From the NCBI RefSeq assembly GCF_006345805.1, contig NC_043005.1, forward strand, positions 7,254,001-7,318,000: a DNA stretch of 64,000 bases, read 5' to 3'. The DNA is from Octopus sinensis. Taxonomy: Eukaryota. The notes beneath the pieces were generated by a model. It was not told the DNA's origin. It made no database searches and worked only from the letters and a program-made list of their open reading frames with translations. The translations under genes were made by a program, and so were the position numbers. Of this stretch, positions 54,104-64,000 are shown piece after piece (position 1 is the stretch's first letter; the number at the start of each line of letters is the position of its first letter).

Positions 54104-54787
54104 TTTTGACCGACAGATTTAAAAAATAATTTTTAGTAACTAAACACTTTCAAACTTCGTATACTGGTAGAATGTGTCACATAAAACATCTTTCACTCTT
54201 GGCGTTGTTGAAAAAATTCTGTATTTTAGAAGTTATTTTTTGTTAGAGTTGTCATATTTTGGTCATTTCAACCAATCAATGACATGTATTCAGCTGTGTA
54301 AAATTACTGCTGTTGTTTGTCAACAACAACTTCCGGCAGTGAATATTTCGTTATTTATGACATATTTCATCTCAGTTACGTTTGTATGAATAAACGAGTG
54401 TATCTGAAGCATGTTTACTTCATAATCGTTTGTGCTTCATTTTTCATGTTTTTCCGTAACTCTAACCCTAAAACCCTATTCCTAAAACCCTAAAGCTAAA
54501 ACCAGTGCAAATGCACGAACAATGTCATAAATAACAGTGACAAACGAAATATACACTGCCAATAAATGTTGACAAACAACAGCAGTAATTTTATTCAGCT
54601 GAATACACATCATTAATTGATTGAAATTACCGAAATACAACAAATTTAACAAAAAATAACTTCCAAAATACAGAATATCTCAATAATGCCATGAGTGAAA
54701 GATGTTTTATGTGACACATTCTACCAGTATACGAAGTCTGAAAGTGTTTAGTTACAAAAAATTATTTTTTAAATCTGTCGGTCAAAA
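54104..54787. mobile_element. 684-bp fold-back element with ~245-bp TIRs
   Basis: Ends ttttgaccgacagattt and aaatctgtcggtcaaaa; spacer has (A)AACCCT-like repeats at about 54460-54515; no TSD seen; superfamily unassigned. Confidence 0.85.
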
Positions 54788-54960
54788 TTGACACTGTAAG
54801 TATTTAAATAAACAAACCAAAGTTTAGGCATTTTCTGCTCGATCCTCAAAGGACTGGGATTTTGACTTATAAATTTTTTGCTGGGTATGATTTTAATTAC
54901 CAGTATTAATATAGATTTTACTAATATTTGAAATAATAATTTTCTTTTTATCATTTTTAG

Positions 54961-55070
54961 ATAATATTTGCGAATGTCTCAACAAAGGAACAGCTTCCTA
55001 TAAGTTTGGATGAGGTTTCAGCACCTTATCTTGTTGCATTTACATACAGTGTTAAATGGCATCAAACAAA
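54961..55070 (+). CDS. TM9SF1: TM9SF1-like coding exon E (IIFANVSTKEQLPISLDEVSAPYLVAFTYSVKWHQT+2 nt)
   Basis: tttttag acceptor, gtaagt donor at 55071; 110 nt, phase 0/2; IIFANVS and TYSV.W motifs. Confidence 0.94.
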
Positions 55071-55574
55071 GTAAGTTTCTTTTTGTAAAATAAATATTCA
55101 TGTATGTAATAACATACAACTAAGTCATTACTTGAATCAAAACAAATCTACAATATAAGGAATATAGTTTTCATGAATAGACTTACACATTTACAAACCT
55201 TCTCAATTAATTACATTCATACATATATATGCAATATCTATTTCCTTTTCCTTAACATCTTCATTATTGTCTCATTTCATTAGACTTAATTATGTATTCA
55301 TGGTGTATGACACAAATATTCAGTATCTCTCTTTTAATTCAATATATCTCTTAATTTATATTCCATTTACATAAACAGGCATCTTCGCATACAGGTTTTA
55401 AAATTATATTTTTGACATATTAAAGATTGGTAATTGCACAGGTATAGTTTCAGGTTCAGTCCCACTGCATAGCACATTGGGTAAATGTCTTCTACTATGG
55501 CCTCAGGCCAACCAAAGTCTAGTGAGTGGATTTGGTAGACAGAAACTGAAAGAAGCCCATCATATACGTGTGTG

Positions 55575-55620
<46 letters not shown>

Positions 55621-55814
55621 CATGCATATACGCACACACACACTTTTTCGCTTTTGGGGCAGCAGGGTCTTTGATCTATTTCACAAATTTTTACCCATAA
55701 AGTATTAACAATTTTGTGGGCATTTGGTTTAATACATTTTCTCACTTTCCCATCAAACAGAAAACAGAGCTAGTTCATGAATGAACAATGTGTGGGTGTA
55801 GGTGTGTGTGTGGG

Positions 55815-55845
<31 letters not shown>

Positions 55846-55848
55846 ATA

Positions 55849-56001
55849 GGTGCAGGTGTGGCTCTGTGGTAAGATGTTTGCTTTCCACCTACATGGTTCC
55901 AGGTTCAGTGCCATTGTATGACACCTAGGGCAAGTGTCTTTTTCTCTTTCCTCAAGCAAACCAAGGCCTTGAGAGTGGATTTGGAAACTAAAAGAAGCCT
56001 G

Positions 56002-56066
<65 letters not shown>

Positions 56067-56275
56067 TTTGTATCTGTTTGTCCCTCACCACCACATGACA
56101 ACTGGTGTTAGTGTGTTTATGCCCCTGTAACTTAGTGGTTCAGCAAAAGAGACCAATAGAATAAGTCACAGGCTTTAAAAATATTAAGTGTTGGGGGTCT
56201 ATTTGTTTGACTAAAATTCTTCAAGGCAATACCCTAGCATGGCTGCAATCTAACGACTGAAACAAGTAAAAGATA
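55849..56275 (+). mobile_element. SINE family 1
   Basis: ggtgcagg head through ctgaaacaagtaaaagata tail; ends 54 nt before exon F. A partial copy lies at 55440-55565. Confidence 0.88.
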
Positions 56276-56329
56276 GATGATATGTATGTACTTTTTTTTA
56301 ATAAACATTTTCTTTTCTTTTTATTTCAG

Positions 56330-56393
56330 TGTAGCTTATGCAGATCGTGGCAGAAGATTAAGAGATAACAGTTTCTTCCCTAAATCTTTGGAA
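56330..56393 (+). CDS. TM9SF1: TM9SF1-like coding exon F ((N)VAYADRGRRLRDNSFFPKSLE)
   Basis: tttcag acceptor, gtaagt donor at 56394; 64 nt, phase 2/0; FFP..LE precedes the IHW/first TM segment in TM9SF proteins. The next exon was not found in the window. Confidence 0.92.
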
Positions 56394-57089
56394 GTAAGTA
56401 TAAATATTTGTTTTCTAACCACATGCTTTTCATCTTTTAAATATCCATTGTATTTATCTTTTTTATAATTTGATGTCTATATACATGTATATGTGTGTGT
56501 ATACAACCTTCAACAAAGTAACAGTCATGTATACAACTTGAACAGACACATATCAGTACATAAACATATGTTCACATGTACATATACATAGACACGTCTA
56601 CACACTCTCCTAAATACACACATACATACATAAGTACATACATACTTACATACATACATACGTATAGGCATGCACACATGCATACGCATGTACACATATG
56701 CATACGCACATACATGTACACACACTCATACATACGCACATATATGCATACATACACACATACATGCGTACATATATATATATCATGAACTAACTGTTAC
56801 TTTCTCAGATGCAACACGAAATTTTGCCAGTGAATAGGTCGCGGTCTCAAAGCAACGAAAATATTTTGATAAATTTAAATGTTGAAGTGAATCTAACGGT
56901 TATTGTGTGTTTCATAAATGGCTTATAAACACCTTCCACGCTGCAATTGTTTTCGTTCCAGCACACGATCTCAGATCAGGTCACTTGCTATGCAAGTACA
57001 TCTCTGTAGTTTGAATTTAATATTTAAAAATATCATTTGTTTGTATGTTTTACTCTGAAATCTGACTCTTATTAAAAACTACATTTTAA

Positions 57090-57235
57090 TATTGGTTTCC
57101 CAACTTTGGCACGAGGCCAGGATTTCAAGGTAGGGAGTAAGTCAATTACATTGACCCCTGTGCTCATTTGCTACTCATCTTATCAGCCCTGAAAGGATGA
57201 GAGGTAATGTTAACCTTGGTGGAATTTTAACTCAA
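57090..57235 (-). mobile_element. Older SINE family 2 relative
   Basis: aagtcaattacattgacccc...gaaaggatgagagg...ggaattttaactca resembles 18380-18480. Confidence 0.65.
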
Positions 57236-57621
57236 ACTGATATTTTAATATTGCTATCATTTTGATTTAAAATTAAAATTACATACCCTTCCATTTATTT
57301 ATCAAGCATTGTATAAATTAAAAATGGAAATAAAAATGAGACAGATGTGAAGCTTTATTCTATTTAGTGTAAGTGAATGGAATGGAAAAATCTTTTGAAT
57401 ATTCTTTTGATTGCCTCTTGTGTTTGCATCTATATCAACCACAAACTTTTGCTTTTTAGAAGAAATGTGAATTCTTTATTCCTTTTGAAATTAGTCTGCA
57501 AATAAACTTGAAGTAGTTGACTTTGAATTCTGATATGGTAGTGTATTCTCTGTATAGAAAAACATGAAGTATATAATATTTGGAACAAAAAATAATTATG
57601 ACTACAGATGAAAAGGAAAAC

Positions 57622-57654
<33 letters not shown>

Positions 57655-57659
57655 TATTT

Positions 57660-57863
57660 TCTTTTATTCTTTTACTTGTTTCAGTCATTTGACTGTGGCC
57701 AGGCTGGAGTGCTACCTTTAGTTGAACAAATCAATCCCAGGACTTACTCTTTGTAAGCTTAGTACTTATTCTATCGGTCTCTTTTGCCGAACCACTAAGT
57801 TACAAGAGCATAATAAACACACCATCATCGGCTGCTAAGCAATGATGGGGGACAAACAATCAA

Positions 57864-57898
<35 letters not shown>

Positions 57899-58066
57899 TA
57901 CATACGATGAACTACTTTCAGTTTCCATCGACCAAATCCACTCACAAGGCTTTGGTCAGCCTGAGACTATAGTAGAAGACACTTGCCCAAGGTGCCACGC
58001 AATGGGACTGAACCCAGAACCATGTGGTTGGAAAGCAAGCTTCTTACCACACAGTCACTCTTGCAC
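57660..58066 (-). mobile_element. SINE family 1
   Basis: Full-length reverse copy. Confidence 0.88.
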
Positions 58067-58084
58067 ATATATATATATATATAT

Positions 58085-58360
58085 ATATGTAAAAAAATAC
58101 AAACTGGGACAAGAACGCAAAACATTTAGAAGACGATACAAAAAACACGGACAGGACATTCGAAGCCTTCAATCTTCAGTCGAGAACCGGATCATCCTCA
58201 CAATTTCGGCTGATTAATCTTGTGATTGCTCCGGTCTGGCCAGCCCGAAAGGAAAATCTAAGCCAAGCGCATTAGATTCCTTGGAAGAAAGCCTCAAATG
58301 TATACAAAACAAGGACGGAAAAACGGACGATGTTACACAAATGAGAATACAAAAATATAT
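58085..58360. mobile_element. CpG-rich repeat related to 15550-15710 (possibly Penelope-like terminal fragment)
   Basis: Shared gggacaagaa.gcaaaacat and cagtcgag...gcaatt segments in both copies; class is a guess. Confidence 0.45.
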
Positions 58361-58912
58361 ACATATATATATATATATATCAATATATGTATCAAATGAA
58401 ATAAATGAAAAACAGGACACAAAAGATGTTGTGGTACATATGTTTTGAGCTTTATAGAACACCTTATTCTTACATCAATGCATAATCGACATAACAGATA
58501 GTTCAAAAGCCCTCTTCAGCCGCATGCAATTGCTACACCAAAGACTTGTATCACATTATGAAAGGTTTCAGAAAAAACATTTGGTATTGTTTATAATGGT
58601 TGGTAAACCGAGTATCACTGGGAAAGTATGTTTGTAAATCTTCATAGGCGTACATGGTATTATTAGACTCCAAAACAAATCGTCTATACTGTTTTCTCAC
58701 TCAATATAGAATGAATACTGGGTAGGTTCCTTCATGTAAGGGAAGGAATTGGATGTTAAGAGAAAGAGAAAAAGGAGAAAGGAGGGGAAGGGGAGGAGAC
58801 GTTAATCAAGTTGGGATCACAAAAAAATATATATATAAATATAAATGTAATTATAAGGGATAATAAGATATAAAATATACAAAAAATGTAAAGATGTAAA
58901 AATATAAGTATA

Positions 58913-59306
58913 TCTTTATATATAAAAGTGAAGTTGTGTGTCTGTCTCCTACGATTTAGATTCCTAACTACTCCCACATTTTGCGGTGCAGTGTAACCAA
59001 AAGCGGGTATCTTATAGTTGTGATTCATATCGAGCCCTTCTGGGTATTAGTGCACGTCTACGATTAGTCTACGATTTAAAAAAAAATTTACCATCATTTT
59101 TTCTCATTTTTAATGCATTTTTTGCTATTATATAAGGGAAGTAACTCTCTAAAAATGTATTATTAAATCTCAGAACGTAAAAAGCTACAGTAACACCCCC
59201 CTTTGTGGTTAGCCATATTGAGATGGCTATTATACTTTACATCTCTAAAAATGCTTATATAGTTATTTCCCTAACAAACCTGAGCAACGCAGGGCGATAC
59301 TGCTAG
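58913..59306 (+). mobile_element. Non-autonomous Helitron, second copy
   Basis: A|TC start, cctg-agcaacg-cagg hairpin, CTAG|T end; homologous to 6944-7329. Confidence 0.85.
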
Positions 59307-60149
59307 TAAAGATATAAAGAACTTCAGGTATAGGGTCATAAATTCTAGAAATGTATTGTGAAAGTGTAAAAGGTACAAAAAATAAAAAGTAAAAAATAAA
59401 AAAGACAAAAATTAAGATAAAGTGAAATAAGGATAAAAGGAACAAAAGTATATACAGTGGTCAGAGATGATGGGTTAAAGTTCTGATGCTGTGGTGAGTG
59501 TCGTAAATTACTTTTAATTATCGGGTGGGGGGGTATAGTAGTAGGCGAGTGGTCAGTCTATAGGAGTTTGACTTTATATGCTCTAAGCCTATCTTATCTG
59601 TGTGTACGTGTGTGTGTGTGTGTGTGTGTGTGTGTCTACATACTTACCCACTCTCACATATATAAACCTGTCTCCTGCATCTAGTGCACACACACACACG
59701 TGTATATATACATATATACATACATATGTACATACGCACACATATAATATATATATAATATATATTCCCACATACACATATGTACATGTATATATATACA
59801 CCCAGATACATGCCCATATACATAAACGTACATACAGATACATATATATATACACATACATGCACGTATACATATACTAACATATATACATATACACATA
59901 TACAAACACATTCATATGGCCCCACCTATATACACATACATTTACAAAAGTACACATGCCTACGCGACCGACGTGTCCATACATACAAATATACGCACTC
60001 ACACATGCACACACATGTACATGCCTATACAATCTCTACACACCACAACATATGATGGTAGAGGATCCCCATAAACTGGTTACAATATAAACAAAACCGA
60101 AAACATAATAAATAAGATACACAGATAAATAAACAAATAGAAATAAATA

Positions 60150-60560
60150 ACTCTTTACTCTTTTACTCTTTTACTTGTTTCAGTCATTTGACTGCGGCCA
60201 TGCTGGAGCACCGTCTTTAGTCGAGTAAATCGACCCCGGGACTTATTCTTTGTAAGCCCAGTACTTATTCTATCGGCCTCTTTTGCCGAACTGCTAAGTG
60301 ACGGGGACATAAACACACCAGCATCGGTTGTCAAGCAATGCTAGGGGGACAAACACAGACACACAAACACACACACACACACATATATATATACATATAT
60401 ATACGACAGGCTTCTTTCAGTTTCCGTCTACCAAATCCACTCACAAGGCTTTGGTCGGCCCGGGGCTATAGCAGAAGACACTTGCCCAAGATGCCACACA
60501 GTGGGACTGAACCTGGAACCATGTGGTTGGTTAACAAGCTACTTACCACACAGCCACTCC
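60150..60560 (-). mobile_element. SINE family 1
   Basis: (ctctttta)n tail and near-consensus body. Confidence 0.9.
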
Positions 60561-61039
60561 TTTTTTTTTTATTTAAAAGATATTTTTTTGATTTATTATT
60601 ATTATTATCATTATTATTATTATTACTAGTATTGTTGTTATACATACATACATAGAAGCATATGTAATGATAATAATAAGTAGATGTAAACACATGAACA
60701 AAATAAGAATAAACAAAAACAACAACAAAAACAAATTACACGAACATATATAAACAGAAGATACAAATAATACAGGCATCCACCACACACACACACACTA
60801 AATAAACATAGACGCACATAGAGATATAAGCATGTGCAAATGAAGACATACAATAGAAATACAAAATGACTGACGGTTAGTAAGGAGAGACACAAATAAG
60901 AAAGAAGAAAACAAAGGACCACTGATGCGGTCACAGGAGTGTGACGAAAGAACTCTGGCCGAAATAAGATTAAGATTAATGTAAAAAATAAATAACACTG
61001 AAGCAAAATAACACCAAATATATAGTGCATGTGTTTTTA

Positions 61040-61072
61040 TTGGCTAAACTGGCAAAATGACCATTCCAAAAT

Positions 61073-61112
<40 letters not shown>

Positions 61113-61115
61113 GTG

Positions 61116-61146
<31 letters not shown>

Positions 61147-61489
61147 ATATATATATACAAATATATGTATAGATATATATATGTATATATGTATAGATAT
61201 ATATATGTATAGATATATATATGTATATATATATATGTATAGATGTATATATGTATATATATATATGTATAGATATAAATATGTATATATATATATGTGT
61301 ATAAATATGCAAAACTAATACATATATATAGATATATATGCATATATATAGATATATGCATATATATATAGATATATATGCATGTATATAGATATATATG
61401 CATGTATATAGATATATGTATAGATATATGTATAGATATATATGTATATATATATATATATGTATGTATATATATATGTGTGTATATAT

Positions 61490-61546
<57 letters not shown>

Positions 61547-61560
61547 ATATTATGTAGATA
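61040..61560. repeat. Complex TA/TATAGA/TATG satellite tract
   Basis: About 500 bp of degenerate units such as atatatgtatagat. Confidence 0.92.
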
Positions 61561-62330
61561 GATAGATATAATATATTTATTGAGTTAGCAACAGGAAAGC
61601 TAAGTCTGAATGAAAGGTTTTCGGGGGATGTGTATAAAGCAGGTTAGAGCAAGTTCATAATTGCTTGCCCACAACAGCAAGTTGAAAATGCAGGTACATT
61701 TTTAGTAAACATTAACCTGAATCCTAATTCTTTCCATAGTTGGTTTTGAAAATATTGTAATGGAATTTAAGAATGGATGTCCATAAGAATATCGAGATTA
61801 TGATAATGATTGTAGAATTGATTGAAATGTTGCTGGATAAATTAAAACCGGACAAAAACCTGTTCTAAGTCATTACACTGTATCAATTAGTACCAAGAAT
61901 CTTCAGCCCTCTTTAACTTGTTGTAGAGGTTCTAATGTAGGAAATGGTCTACAAATTTCATATAATATACTGACTATTAAGCTTGCTGCAAAAAATTTAT
62001 AGAATTGATTTGCTTTTGGTTAGTCTGACAATGGCAAATGAAGTGGCACCCAGAAGAATTTACTGCACATTGACAAACTACATGCATAGATCTATGTGTC
62101 TAATGTGACTCACAGAATATTGGCAGAATGAAAAGTTGCCTCTTCGTAAGTAAACAAATATCCTGGTGCTACAGCATATATTGTATAGTTACTATATTTC
62201 ATACATTTGGCACTATCCAATGAGTAGAAATAAATAAATAGCACGATAGATGATTTAGCAGAAATAATGTAACACAGAACGGGTAGTAAAAGAAATAATA
62301 CAATATATATATTTGCTGAAGTTTTCATTA

Positions 62331-62402
62331 AGCAGAGTGATGCAGTGAAAGCATGCTCGGCTTATAACCCAGAGGTCTGTAGATGAAACCTATGTTCTGT
62401 GA
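62331..62402 (+). pseudogene. Initiator tRNA-Met pseudogene
   Basis: AGCAGAGTGATGCAGTGAAAGCATGCTCGGCTTATAACCCAGAGGTC matches 39/47 nt of the metazoan tRNA-iMet 5' sequence as recalled; anticodon CAT is now TAT; T-arm and acceptor stem are disrupted. Confidence 0.85.
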
Positions 62403-64000
62403 AGAAATGGATATTATTTTTGATATTTATACATTGCTACTGAGTTGCCTATAAATATACCAACCATATCCATGTACTATATTTGCTAATATGTAAGACA
62501 CGCTTTTTTATTTTTAAATGTATTGAAAAATTGCCTTGTGTTTAATGTAGCTGTATTATAGATGAGAGACCGAGTGCTGTGAGCTGCACGAGCATATGTT
62601 TACTCATAACAATAAGTGTGACTAATAATGACCATATTGGAAACAATCCAAAATGTCACAGTACAAACTTATGAAAATTCACTTATGGTACATTGGCAGT
62701 TATGTGAAGAGGTCACATCAACTCCTTATACTTCCCCGGCATTCATAACCCACACCTGATATGTATCTTAAATTATTTAATGACTGAGTGTTACCTTTAA
62801 GAAACATTATTTAATTGTCTAAATGAAAATTCTCCTTGTAAAATGAAAAGAATATTAAACTTTCATCCACTTGTCAGCTATTTGCAATGAGTGGAAGACA
62901 ACAAAATCATAGCAGTGGTGTGTCTTCCTGGTGGACAATCAGGGTAACACAAAATGTCATAGCCAAAAATACAAGTTTCACATCTAATATAGCAATTCTC
63001 TTGATCAAAATATAAATAACTATACAATTGGTTTGAAAAAAGATAAAGTTGAAATATAGTATTTGTATAATATTGTTTATGTGTGTTTTATTTATATTTT
63101 CATACCTTATTCTAGTGTGCTATGACTGTATTGTATTTGCAGGCAGAATCATACATCTACACATCTCCTACATGAACAATTCAAAATATCTTTCAATAAG
63201 CATATGATGAAACACTAAATCTTTTTTTTTCCGCAAAATATACTTGTAAAATAGGGGTGCATGTTATGCAAAAGTGCATCTTTTGTGCTGCCAAATCAGT
63301 ATATATACATGCTGGAGAGGGTGCAAATTATATAATACAATAAGAATTTATATAGAGTGAAGGGTCTCCAACTGACCAGCGTACACCAAAACCCAAATAA
63401 TGTAGTAGGCTGAGTGAGACGATGACAACAGGACTTTTCACTTAGTATGTGGGTTAATGTAATACTAAAAACAAAACTTATATTTATTGTTCTGTGAGAT
63501 TATGTGATAAATTTTGATACATGAGAGACCTAATTAGTGCTGGAAGTAGAATCAGTTCTTTATAGAATTGCTGCATCAAAGAAATTTTATCTCTGCACAA
63601 AGGCTGGACTATAAGATATGTATCTCAACTATATGCGATGCTTTATGAGAAGCAGCAAAGACAGCAAGTGAAGTTTTTTGGAATATAAAAAAATCAAGTA
63701 TGATTCATTGGATGTGCAACACAACATTGACAGATGTTAGTGAATATCAAGTGAAAACATAATTTATTGTAGATAATGGAAGTAAATATGTTACTATAAC
63801 TTTATAATGTTTATGCAAGATATATACTTTTCTTTGTAACTATGAGTTCAAGTCCAATTATCTAGATGTTTCACTATTATGAAAATATGGATGAAGTATA
63901 GCTTATTTAGATTTGTTAAGACATACTGTAACAAAATAATGTGGATAGTTTATAATATAGATAAATTATATTAGCAGAACCCTTAATTAAATATAGTTCA

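Noticed and set aside
54455-54520. Interstitial telomere
   Set aside because: Few, imperfect units, confined to a transposon-like spacer.
58160-58195. Minus-strand CTGAAGA...TTCGAA, and CTGAGGA near 15630-15660, as hammerheads
   Set aside because: Stems I and III and the A15.1 position cannot be built convincingly.
5820-60655. Recurrent ORFs such as MGLNPEPCG..., MLGGQTQTHKH... and MLAWVGRF...
   Set aside because: They are the same SINE or retroposon sequence read in various frames, not a protein family.
56394-64000. Next TM9SF1 exon (expected IHW.SI.NS...)
   Set aside because: No matching frame with an acceptor was found; it is presumably beyond the window. The signal-peptide exon was likewise not found in 1-1070.

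Overview
AT-rich eukaryotic genomic DNA, not prokaryotic: no operons, CRISPR arrays or rRNA. The SINE, microsatellite and transposon repertoire resembles a coleoid cephalopod, probably Octopus (inferred from recalled repeat families, no search run). The only host gene I can support is a + strand TM9SF1-like (nonaspanin) gene. Six GT-AG exons (1071-1160, 4938-5019, 10079-10183, 51825-51943, 54961-55070, 56330-56393) splice in phase into 570 nt/190 codons of the luminal domain. The start codon and all transmembrane exons lie outside the window, and one intron is 41.6 kb. The rest is intron filled with repeats: tRNA-derived SINEs, (GAT)n-tailed retroposons, RTE and CR1-like LINE remnants, mariner, hAT-like and Helitron remnants, TTAA-flanked MITEs, Penelope-like fragments, microsatellites and a tRNA-iMet pseudogene. 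Most of the ORF track is artefact. I found no convincing novel multi-gene system. The most interesting signals are structural: several long fold-backs inside the pre-mRNA, a head-to-head double retroposon, an inverted duplication at a MITE end, and a decayed hammerhead-like motif.
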